From IMG/VR virus record IMGVR_UViG_3300042934_000822, positions 1 through 64,000 of that record: DNA of 64,000 nucleotides; one strand, 5' to 3'. This document shows positions 54,645 to 63,095 of the stretch, in pieces. Both the position numbers and the translations under genes were made by a program. Below the pieces are notes generated by a model that was not told the DNA's origin, searched no databases, and saw only the letters and a list, made by a program, of their open reading frames with translations. The first letter of the stretch is position 1; each line of letters begins with the position of its first letter. The stretch comes from a virus.

Positions 54645-55592
54645 TCAGAAGCGCCCGATTGCCCGGTTTACCAGATCCACGCCCCGCCGCAACAAGCCTT
54701 GCTGCTCTTTTTCTGCCTCCTCCTGGGGTGAGTTCTCGATCGGCGCAAGGGTCGCGTGCATGTAGTGGGCGGCACTGTCGAGCATTCCATGGGCGCGGTC
54801 TCGCGACAGGGTCGAGCCACGCTGGAACACGTCAGGCGCCGCTGCAGGTAAGAACGAGGTGCTGTCCATCATGGCGCCGCCGCCCTTGCGCAGCTCGGCG
54901 ATGTGCGACAGCAGCTTGGCGTTCTGGGTCACCAGGTCGTCGTTCAGCCGGCACTGGTGCAGGTAGCTGTCGCTCATGCCCTCCAGGGCGACGCCGCTGG
55001 CCTCTACCTGGGCGTCGCGCTCGGCCAGAATGCCGTCGATGCTGTCGAGCATGGCGCTGTACTCAGTGGCGAAGCTCTCACCCTGCAGAGCGCCTGCCTC
55101 CGTACTGTCCAGCATCGCGTCGTAGCCACGATTGGTGTCGTAGTTGGGGCTGCGCACGAAGTCCATGCCGAAGTAGTCTTTGGGCGTGCGCTTGCCGTTG
55201 ATCAGCGGGGCGAAAAAGACCGAACTGAATCCCCAGCTCTTGCCCTTGTACAAAGCCCGGGCGATACGTCCGGAGGGGGTGGGCAGAAACTCCTGCTGGT
55301 GCTCGATGGTGCCGTCAGGGTAGGCCTTGATCATCACCGTTTTCACGGTTGGTTCCAGCACCACGGTCCTGCCGCCTTCGATGACAACCTCAGGTGGCTG
55401 CAGGCCGTACTTTTCGCGGAAACAGTGCCCCACATAGCCGCAAAGGTCGCCCTTACGGACAGCCTCCTGCACCACCGGCCCGTTGAGCAGCAGGCACAGC
55501 GCTGGGATGTCGATGTCACGATCGGCGCCGGTGAATTCACGGCCTCGATCCTTCACGTTGTAGCGGATTACCTCGGTTCGGTTATCCATCAT
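54645..55592 (-). CDS. Prohead (head-processing) protease, P1 Pro-like
   Basis: GYVGH, H.QEFL.T.SG, GFSS, GMDFV.SPNY; follows the portal. Confidence 0.75.
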   Translation of the reverse strand: MMDNRTEVIRYNVKDRGREFTGADRDIDIPALCLLLNGPVVQEAVRKGDLCGYVGHCFREKYGLQPPEVVIEGGRTVVLEPTVKTVMIKAYPDGTIEHQQEFLPTPSGRIARALYKGKSWGFSSVFFAPLINGKRTPKDYFGMDFVRSPNYDTNRGYDAMLDSTEAGALQGESFATEYSAMLDSIDGILAERDAQVEASGVALEGMSDSYLHQCRLNDDLVTQNAKLLSHIAELRKGGGAMMDSTSFLPAAAPDVFQRGSTLSRDRAHGMLDSAAHYMHATLAPIENSPQEEAEKEQQGLLRRGVDLVNRAIGRF

Positions 55593-57196
55593 TCGTCCTC
55601 GTTGGTGTCTTGCGTCAGCGCGCGCTCTGGCGGCATCTGATCGTTGTCGTCATCGAAGCCCCCCAGCATCCCGCCCCCCATGCCCGGCGGTGCCGGCGGC
55701 TTGGCGTTCTTGAGCCCGTTGGTGAGGATCTTGGCGAAGTCGTGGTCTAGCTCGGACTTGATGAAAATCTGCTCTGCAGCCTCAGGCGGCAGGCCCAGGT
55801 CGCGCATGCCGGTCATCATCTGCACCAGCATCAGCGAGCCGTTGATCGCACGTTCCCGGCTGGCCTGCTTTTCGGCCTCGAGCGCTGCGATCGAGCCGTA
55901 GAAGTTGATGGCGTAGGGGCGACTGCTGTCGTCCCAGGTGCGCCCGTACTTGGCGATCATGTGTCGGTCGATCACGTCGTTGCAGTACGCTGTATAGGCG
56001 GTTCGAATGATGCGGGAGCGCTCGGCAGCCTGGCTGCTGGTGCGGTTGAACCCCCCTTCGCCAAGCCCACCGGTCAGCTGATCGGCAAAGCCGACCATGG
56101 ACAGGTCAATCCCGGCGGTACCAGCCAGCTTGCGGGCGTGAAACATCACGTCCTCGATGTTGGTACCGGCGCCGGAGTTGGACGTACCGTTGAACTGGCT
56201 AATCTGGGTAAGCTGCTTCTCGTTGTAGGTCGGCATGATGTGGAAGTTGCGGGAGGTGGCGTAACGCCCGGTCCGTACCGCCTCCTCGGCACGCTGCTTC
56301 ATGGCCTGTAGCATCCGCTCGAGCGAGCGCATGAAGCTGGCCTGCTGGTCAGCCGTCATATCGGTCATGTTGGCGCCCAGCATCGTCTCATCGATCGCGC
56401 CTGCGATTCGTTGGCCGACCAGGCCCCGGAGCGCCGCCTCCAGGTTGTCGAAGTCGGTTTCGGCGGCCTCCAGGAAGGAACCACCCACCTGCGCCGGCAA
56501 TGCCTCCATCTGCGAAGGGTCGTTCGACTCCAGGTTGATACGCTGGGCGTTCTCCACGGCCCGCATCTGCGCCAGGTAGCCCATGCGGGGCATCTTCATG
56601 CGCACCATGTCGATGTGGCTCAGGCGCGAATCGATCTTCTTGCCCAACGAGACCACGTAGGTGACCGTCTGGCCCAGGACCTCATAGGGCTGGACCAGGG
56701 GCGGGAAGATATCGGCGTTGAGCGCGTACAGGCCGTGGCCCTTGCGCACATAGAGGCGGGTGTAGGCGTCGCCATAGGCCGCTGCGTTGAAGCACACCTG
56801 GTGGGCGTTATCGTTGAAAAACGGCACCAGGCACTGCAGCTCCTCGATGATCTTCTTGTCGCCACTGGTGGCGCTCGGCTTGGGCTCGATGAAGATCGTT
56901 TCGCCTGTGGTCTCATGGCCACCCAGCGCCATCTGCACATGCAGGCGCAGGATGGTGTTCATCAGCCCGTCCTGGGCCATGTGGTGCCACTTACGGAAGA
57001 TTTCGACGCGCGTGCGGGCCGGCCGGTCGCCGTCGCCCATCATCACCTCGACGCCCACATAGTCGGCGTCGTAGGTCGAGACGGAATTCTGCATCGCAGG
57101 TTCAGCCACCTCGCCCAGGAGCAGCTGCGTAGTCGTCCTGGTGAGGCTGGCCAGGCTACTCATGAGCCTGCGCTTGGGTTTCGGTTGATCTGCCAT
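55589..57196 (-). CDS. Portal protein (P1 Prt-like)
   Basis: 535 aa; YGDAY.R, GGSFL, GGLGEGG..RTS; precedes the protease. Confidence 0.75.
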   Translation of the reverse strand: MADQPKPKRRLMSSLASLTRTTTQLLLGEVAEPAMQNSVSTYDADYVGVEVMMGDGDRPARTRVEIFRKWHHMAQDGLMNTILRLHVQMALGGHETTGETIFIEPKPSATSGDKKIIEELQCLVPFFNDNAHQVCFNAAAYGDAYTRLYVRKGHGLYALNADIFPPLVQPYEVLGQTVTYVVSLGKKIDSRLSHIDMVRMKMPRMGYLAQMRAVENAQRINLESNDPSQMEALPAQVGGSFLEAAETDFDNLEAALRGLVGQRIAGAIDETMLGANMTDMTADQQASFMRSLERMLQAMKQRAEEAVRTGRYATSRNFHIMPTYNEKQLTQISQFNGTSNSGAGTNIEDVMFHARKLAGTAGIDLSMVGFADQLTGGLGEGGFNRTSSQAAERSRIIRTAYTAYCNDVIDRHMIAKYGRTWDDSSRPYAINFYGSIAALEAEKQASRERAINGSLMLVQMMTGMRDLGLPPEAAEQIFIKSELDHDFAKILTNGLKNAKPPAPPGMGGGMLGGFDDDNDQMPPERALTQDTNEDE

Positions 57197-57229
57197 GGAT
57201 TGGGTACGCAATAGGCCTGTTTGGGGTCC

Positions 57230-57271
57230 AGCGTACCGGCGCAGAAACGCCCGATTTTCGGACGGTTTGCG
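57230..57271 (-). promoter_or_regulatory. Late promoter CGCAAA-N30-TACGCT (portal operon)
   Basis: Conserved motif; hairpin in the spacer. Confidence 0.75.
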
Positions 57272-57285
57272 CGCTTTTCGAGGGT

Positions 57286-57801
57286 CTACAGCGCTTCGGT
57301 GGCCAGCTCGTCCGGCCGCGCGTTGAGCAAGTACTTGCGGGTGTAGGGCGGGATGTTGAGGTTGCCTGTAACGCCAACGATTTCGTAGTTGACGATGATC
57401 CCATCGCCCACCAGCACAGCCACCAGCATCCGCTTTTCAGGCAGGACGTAATCGTCGGTACCAGGATCTGCCAGTGGCTCTATCGACGCCTCCAGGACGC
57501 TACCGCTGTAGTCCAGGAGGCCGCCATCATTGGAGGTGTTGCCCAGCTCGGCCGCGAAGCCCTGGGCGAAGTGGATGACTGCATCACAAGCTCTGACCCA
57601 TGAGTAGTTCACCTCGTCCTCATCGGACATGACAGTGGCGCCACCCAGCATGCCGGGCTCGTCCTCGAGGTCGTCATGCTCTGCAGGCGCAGTGCCGCGC
57701 TCGACCCGCTTGGTGAACAGCACGCAGTCGATCCGGTTCGGCTCGCGCAGGGTGCGCTGGCGGTTGGCACGGTTCACGGCGATTGCCACGTTGTTGAGCA
57801 T
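57286..57801 (-). CDS. Virion morphogenesis protein (possible head closure)
   Basis: Late operon context. Confidence 0.55.
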   Translation of the reverse strand: MLNNVAIAVNRANRQRTLREPNRIDCVLFTKRVERGTAPAEHDDLEDEPGMLGGATVMSDEDEVNYSWVRACDAVIHFAQGFAAELGNTSNDGGLLDYSGSVLEASIEPLADPGTDDYVLPEKRMLVAVLVGDGIIVNYEIVGVTGNLNIPPYTRKYLLNARPDELATEAL

Positions 57802-57803
57802 GG

Positions 57804-58883
57804 TTACCTCTGGGCCTGGTCAGCAGCGGTGATAGCGGCCACGGCGGCGTCTCGGCCGTACCCCATCGCCATCAGCGTCTTGATTTTCTGTTCGAAGGGC
57901 ACGGACTTGTTGACCTTCGCGGTATGGGTCTTGCGTAGTTGGTCATTGGCGGCCTTGACCCGCTCGGCCGCGCGGCGCTTCTCGGCCGGCTGCGCCTGGC
58001 GCGCATGCCGGCGTTCCTCGCTGGTGGTGATGGTCCGGTCACGCTTGCGGGCCTTGAGCGCCTGCTGGACGAACTTCTGCTGGTCGGCCACCGAAACGGT
58101 CTGGTTCTTGTTGCTGAGCGTCTTGCGCCCGTTGTCGATCATGCGCTGGGCGAAGTTCTCGAAGGTCGGCCCATGGGCAATGACGGCCATCACGCGCAAG
58201 ACGTGCTTGCAGGCCACCCCGTACAGCTTCGGGTTGCGCACCTTCGGGAAACCGTCCTCAGCCCGGCCCACGTTGAAGTTGCCGATCGTGGCGATGTAGC
58301 GGTACCAGAACGTGTGCCGGCCGCAGTCGCAGTCAAACTTGATCTTGCCGCGCGCCATCTGCCGCGCGGCCTCGCGCGTCGACAGGCCGCCAGCCAGGGC
58401 GGTGTCGTACCCCATGAACTGCACGGTGACGAAGTGGCGCTGGGTGTCCGAGTTCGGCCCGGCATTGGTCTGGAACTGGACCACGCCAGCGCGGTTGGCC
58501 AGGGGAGTGGCGAAGTGGATCTGCTTGTTCGCTCGCTGGCGGTCCTCTGGGCGAGACAGGTCGATCACCTGGCGCGCCAGGATGCCGCCGGCGTCCCCAG
58601 TAGGCTTGCCGGCCCTGAACTGCCCGTGCTTGCGCTGGATATCCCGCACAGCGGCCTTGAAGGCCAGGATATCGTCGAAGGTCAGCATGCGCGGCTTGCC
58701 GTCGATCGTGGTGAACAGCTGGCGCGATGGGTCGTACAGGCCGGACAAGTCGTCGGCACTCAGGATCACACCCTGGTCGGCCAGGCGGCGCTGCAGGTCG
58801 TGTTCGAACGATTCGCGCGCCTGCTTGCCCGAGCGCGCGGCGCCCTGGATGAACTCCAGGCGCGTGTTGCTGGTGGTCGCCAT
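57804..58883 (-). CDS. SWIM-type zinc-finger protein
   Basis: FDCDC...ACKH. Confidence 0.7.
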   Translation of the reverse strand: MATTSNTRLEFIQGAARSGKQARESFEHDLQRRLADQGVILSADDLSGLYDPSRQLFTTIDGKPRMLTFDDILAFKAAVRDIQRKHGQFRAGKPTGDAGGILARQVIDLSRPEDRQRANKQIHFATPLANRAGVVQFQTNAGPNSDTQRHFVTVQFMGYDTALAGGLSTREAARQMARGKIKFDCDCGRHTFWYRYIATIGNFNVGRAEDGFPKVRNPKLYGVACKHVLRVMAVIAHGPTFENFAQRMIDNGRKTLSNKNQTVSVADQQKFVQQALKARKRDRTITTSEERRHARQAQPAEKRRAAERVKAANDQLRKTHTAKVNKSVPFEQKIKTLMAMGYGRDAAVAAITAADQAQR

Positions 58884-59179
58884 CAGCGCACCTTCCGTGT
58901 TTCGGTGCTCAGGCCACACTTCTGCTTGAGGTAGCGCAGGTGCTCGGCCGTGGGCAGCACCAGGTTCTGCTCCTCGAGCACGGAGTCCACGGTGGCCAGG
59001 CCTGCTGCAGCCTGGATCGCCAGCGTTTCCTCAGGGTCGCCATACACGCGCCGCGCGACCAGGGTCAGGTCGAAACGCTCACTCGGCAGAGTACGCACCA
59101 CCTGGCGCGCGCCCGAATACGTGGGCTCTGTCACTGCGAACAGACGCACCTCACGGTAGAACCTGGAAACCTCAATCAC
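58883..59179 (-). CDS. LysM/tail-X-like baseplate protein
   Basis: DLTLVARRVYGD...LVLPT. Confidence 0.65.
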   Translation of the reverse strand: MIEVSRFYREVRLFAVTEPTYSGARQVVRTLPSERFDLTLVARRVYGDPEETLAIQAAAGLATVDSVLEEQNLVLPTAEHLRYLKQKCGLSTETRKVR

Positions 59180-59222
59180 GGGTGTTTACCTTGCTGGCGC
59201 CAGCGACCCTGGCCAAGGGGTC

Positions 59223-59264
59223 ATTGTGCTGGCGCCCCGGGGCGGGCTCCGGGCAAGGTTTGCG
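59223..59264 (-). promoter_or_regulatory. Late promoter CGCAAA-N30-CACAAT
   Basis: Conserved motif and spacing. Confidence 0.7.
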
Positions 59265-59266
59265 TG

Positions 59267-60334
59267 TTACTCGGCGTCAGCCTCGTAGGAAGCACCGCGG
59301 CTGCTATCGGGCGACAGCTTCCACTTATCGGCCTGGGACCGGTGCACCATCCGCAGGATGGAGTCTGCCTTGCCCTGCTCCTCGGCCAAGGAGTAGTCCG
59401 GCAGGTTGTCGTCCTTGATGATGGCGCGGATCATGCGGTTGAACTCCTTCCGTGATCCCTGGCTTCCGCTGCGCTCGTAGATCGTGCCAAAGCTCCAGGC
59501 CGCCGAGTCCTTGCCTGCCGCGCGGCGCGCCAGGCGGTACACGAACCTGGCCAGGCCGCGCTCGATCTTGAAGTAGTCCGGATTGACCGTGAGCACCTCA
59601 GGCTGATGGCCTGCCGTGATCTCGTCGTACATCCACTGGGCGACCCGGAACTCAATGGCCTCGACCTTCTTGGTGCGCGGGTTGCTCAGCACCTTGAATG
59701 GCCCGATCAGGTTCTCGCCCTCGGTGATCGTCATGGGCTTGTCGCCCACGTTGCGGGTGCGCTCGATCTTGACGTGGGTAGTGCTCAAACGCTCCAGGGC
59801 GCCGACCACGGCGTCTTTCTGGTTGCCGCCATTGTCGCGTCGGCAGAAATTCAGCACGTCGGCGATCGCCGGCCGGAACACCTGGCCAGGCTTGGCTCCT
59901 TTGCCCTCACGGTGGCGGTTCATCGCCTCTGTGAGATGCGACACGGCCATCAGCACAATGTCGTAGTCGTAGACCGAGGCCATGCCCAACGGGCCAGACG
60001 TGACCTGCACGCCCCCATCGGGCAGCGTGTAGGTCAGGATCGTGTTGGCGCGCTTGTCGCTCTTGGAGAGTCGGAACACAGCGACGTCCATCACCGTCCT
60101 GCTATCGCGGCTTCCAACGTCGCACAGGACCGGCGCGTAAAAGTCAGCCTGAACCGGATCCTGGGACGCCACAGCCGCTTTCTTGCGAGGGGCCTTGGGC
60201 GCCGCCTTGCGAGCGGGCGCGGGCTTCTTCGGCGCGGCCTGGGGCTGAGGCTCGTCCAGGCCTTTCAACAGGTCGCCCTGGGCCTTCTTGGCCTGTAGCT
60301 CCAGCAATCGCTGCGCGTGCTTGTTGGTTGCCAT
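59267..60334 (-). CDS. repA: Plasmid replication initiator RepA (RPA family)
   Basis: MDVAVFRLSK, GMASVYDYDIVL, ALERL.TT, P.YF.I..GLARFVYRLARR; iterons upstream. Confidence 0.85.
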   Translation of the reverse strand: MATNKHAQRLLELQAKKAQGDLLKGLDEPQPQAAPKKPAPARKAAPKAPRKKAAVASQDPVQADFYAPVLCDVGSRDSRTVMDVAVFRLSKSDKRANTILTYTLPDGGVQVTSGPLGMASVYDYDIVLMAVSHLTEAMNRHREGKGAKPGQVFRPAIADVLNFCRRDNGGNQKDAVVGALERLSTTHVKIERTRNVGDKPMTITEGENLIGPFKVLSNPRTKKVEAIEFRVAQWMYDEITAGHQPEVLTVNPDYFKIERGLARFVYRLARRAAGKDSAAWSFGTIYERSGSQGSRKEFNRMIRAIIKDDNLPDYSLAEEQGKADSILRMVHRSQADKWKLSPDSSRGASYEADAE

Positions 60335-60433
60335 GTGCGTGATCCGTGCCTGTCGAGTGCGCTGCCAGGGCGGCAGTGCCGTGAATGATAAGTGCTGTGG
60401 TGGTCACCGCAAACCTTGTGGTCGTTTGGGGTG

Positions 60434-60794
60434 GGTGGGTGAATTACGGAAAAACGGAGTGTGATATGCGCGCAACCCCCGTATTTACTGGGGAAAGGAG
60501 GCTTAAACGGGGTGTGAAACCCTCGCCAGACCCGCGAAACGCGTAATTCACACACCACCGAGCGGCTGGCGGGCCCAAATCCGTAATTCACCCACCAAAA
60601 AGCGTAATTCGCCCACCCTTTTCCGTAATTCACCCACCCATTCCAGTAATTCACCCACCCGCCCACAGGGTTGTCTACAGCCTGCAAGCCCCGCCACGCG
60701 CGGGCTGGAACGAGTTATGAACAATCGCCAAAACTTATATAAAACTGCTTTAAAACTCTCTAAAACCTTTTTCCCTGGAAGGGGCTGTGGACAA
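60434..60794. repeat. Plasmid origin: iterons, AT-rich tract and DnaA-like boxes
   Basis: GTAATTC(A/G)C(C/A)CACC at 60543, 60583, 60604, 60625, 60646 (last four 21 bp apart) and inverted at 60434; TGTGGACAA at 60786; AT-rich 60715-60772. Confidence 0.85.
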
Positions 60795-60837
60795 CCGTAC
60801 CGCCGACGCCATCGTCTACCCCTTCCATGACACATGG

Positions 60838-61260
60838 CTACGCTGTGGCGCGGCTGTTACGAAGCAGCTGGCCACGGGCCTGGCTCACGTCCTGACGCAA
60901 CCCCTCCAACCCTTCCAGGTGGACGAATGCTTGCTCAGTGGTCTCAGGCATGATGTAGGCGACCATGAAGCTGTTGACCAGGCTCTTGATCAGCCCAGCG
61001 GTATCGTGGCCCCTCACAGCACTGACAACGCACAGCTGCTCGAGCACCACCACCGGCGTCGTTTCCAGGAAGTCCCGGCCAAGGCGCTGGCCCATGTCGA
61101 GCATCGAGCGGCGATAGTAGTCCTGGGCGTCGACGCTGCCGGCAAGCTCCAGGCGCCGCCCTGTCAGGGCGCCGACGGGGATCTTGGCCAGCTCGAGTAA
61201 CTTGGCATCGACCACAGCCTCGATCTGCTGCAGGTGACCAGATGGCTCAGCACCCCTCAT
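60838..61260 (-). CDS. Hypothetical protein
   Basis: ATGA-coupled to the HTH gene. Confidence 0.6.
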   Translation of the reverse strand: MRGAEPSGHLQQIEAVVDAKLLELAKIPVGALTGRRLELAGSVDAQDYYRRSMLDMGQRLGRDFLETTPVVVLEQLCVVSAVRGHDTAGLIKSLVNSFMVAYIMPETTEQAFVHLEGLEGLRQDVSQARGQLLRNSRATA

Positions 61261-61754
61261 GCCTTGTCTTCCTCGGCGGTGCCGAAGTGCGGACGCGCCA
61301 GCAGGGCCTCGAGCGCCAGCTCGAGCATGACGCCCGATCCGGCCGCGCGCCCTTGCATGTAGTCGCTCAGGTTCTGACGGGTAACGCCCACACGCTCGGC
61401 TACGCTCTGCTGTGACATATCGAACTTGTGCATGATTTGCGTCACCAACCGGCGAATGCGCTCGCTTTTGGCAGGCCTGGGAGCCTGCCCTAGAAGCTCT
61501 TCCCACCAATCAAACTCATGCGGGGCGAGCTGTAGGGCTGCCTTCTCAATTTCGGCAAAGGTGGCAGCATCGTCTTCGAAGTTCAGTTGGTGCAGACTCC
61601 ATTCGCCGCCTGCAAAACGCTCGCAGTGCCAGGTCTTACCTTGACCTGCCACCTGTGAGAGTTCGACCTTGTAGACCGCGCTTTCAAACGCGCGAACGAA
61701 GACCAGGGCCGTGCCTTTCAGGTCGACGAAGCTGATTACGGTATCGTTGTTCAT
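61257..61754 (-). CDS. XRE-family HTH transcriptional regulator (C-terminal HTH)
   Basis: MSQQSVAERVGVTRQNLSDYMQG. Confidence 0.8.
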   Translation of the reverse strand: MNNDTVISFVDLKGTALVFVRAFESAVYKVELSQVAGQGKTWHCERFAGGEWSLHQLNFEDDAATFAEIEKAALQLAPHEFDWWEELLGQAPRPAKSERIRRLVTQIMHKFDMSQQSVAERVGVTRQNLSDYMQGRAAGSGVMLELALEALLARPHFGTAEEDKA

Positions 61755-61853
61755 TGGCTGTGTTCCATGTCATCCGGGCGGTTTGCACGGTACTAGGAAG
61801 CCCCCAGCGAGGGGGCTGCGTAAGAGTTCAGGGATGCGTGCTAGGCCAAGGGC

Positions 61854-62336
61854 TCACGCCGGTGCAGCCGCGCTTGGCGTGCCGGGATGGGTGAACGCGC
61901 CAGCAAGCCCGTTGCTTTCCACCTGCAGCAGCAACGCGGCATCAAGCCCGAGCTTCTCGCAGACAGCGATAGCAGCGCGCTCGGCAGACTGGGAATTGCT
62001 GGCGGTCACGCCCCGGCGCATAGCACGGGCCAGGTAGCCGCCAGTGATGTACCGCACGTTGATCTGCACAGCGACAGCGCTTGTCGCGCCAGCGTCCTCC
62101 TGGGCAGCCACTGGGGTGCAGTGTTCCAGGTCAACGAAACCGCGCTTGCCTTCCAGGAACACGATGGCGGTATGGCCACCGGTTACCTGTGCTTCGCTCG
62201 AGGTGCGGCCACGGAAAGTTTCGCCATCGCCGAGGATCTCCTCGAAGCTAACGAGCGTGCCCGGCGGGTTGGCAGCGTTCCACTGGTCACATTGGATTTG
62301 AAGCTCGGCGGGGGTTTTGCGTTTCGGTAAGGGCAT
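61854..62336 (-). CDS. Hypothetical phage protein
   Basis: TTGAAA-N17-TAGAAT promoter upstream; WNAANPPGT motif. Confidence 0.65.
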   Translation of the reverse strand: MPLPKRKTPAELQIQCDQWNAANPPGTLVSFEEILGDGETFRGRTSSEAQVTGGHTAIVFLEGKRGFVDLEHCTPVAAQEDAGATSAVAVQINVRYITGGYLARAMRRGVTASNSQSAERAAIAVCEKLGLDAALLLQVESNGLAGAFTHPGTPSAAAPA

Positions 62337-62427
62337 TTTGGTGTATCCGGCTGATATTGAGCCTAGATTCTAAGCGGCCTCGGCTACATTTTCAACTCTT
62401 AATGTAATCTGAGATTACATATAGATG

Positions 62428-62892
62428 TTATTGAGGCGTCCAGGACGACGCCTGGGAGGCCACAGCTCGGCTAGCCGTCAGCCTGGCGCCGCGTCTAATC
62501 AGAGCGCTCGCTCCTCGATTCTCGGCGTTCCGGGCGCAGGCCACCTCGAACGGTCGTACGTCTTGCCGGCGCGAAAGGCTGTACTCACCAGCGATCGTGC
62601 GCACCTGGCGCTGGTATCCCGCTCCAACGACCTCCAAGGCTGCGCTGTCGACTACTAGGACGTCCCGACTCGCCCGCAACATGCCCTGCAGGCCGGTTTC
62701 GATGCCCTTGAGGGTTACCCTTTGACGCTGGGGACGATCATCGCCAGGCACCTGGCTCACCGAACTCAGCAGGAGGCGTTCATCCCCGCTCGGCAGAACG
62801 CCCATTACAAATTTATTGTCAGCCCGAAACGCCACGAACGCCGCTGCATCCATGATTTCGTTCCTTGGGTATGCGTAGCACATGAACTGCAT
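62428..62892 (-). CDS. Hypothetical protein
   Basis: GAGGGG RBS, ATG 62892. Confidence 0.55.
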   Translation of the reverse strand: MQFMCYAYPRNEIMDAAAFVAFRADNKFVMGVLPSGDERLLLSSVSQVPGDDRPQRQRVTLKGIETGLQGMLRASRDVLVVDSAALEVVGAGYQRQVRTIAGEYSLSRRQDVRPFEVACARNAENRGASALIRRGARLTASRAVASQASSWTPQ

Positions 62893-63095
62893 GATCCAAC
62901 CCCTCGCTCGGATGTGACGAAACCGGCAATTTGCCACTAAAAAACTATCCGCGTACATAATTCGGACGAAAAAACCGTGTTTTGGATCCTGAAAACGGCC
63001 TTCGAGCGATTTTATGGGTTGGCCGATCGCGTCTGGGGCGGCTCAACCAAAGGCCGCGATTCAGCCAATGCGCTGGCGCTCCTGCGCCACCTGCC

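Noticed and set aside
60543-60659. Regularly spaced direct repeats resembling a mini CRISPR array
   Set aside because: The repeats are 14 bp with a 21-bp period, sit beside repA, and no cas genes are present; they are iterons.
60838-61754. HTH gene plus partner as a toxin-antitoxin pair
   Set aside because: No recognisable toxin motif in either protein.
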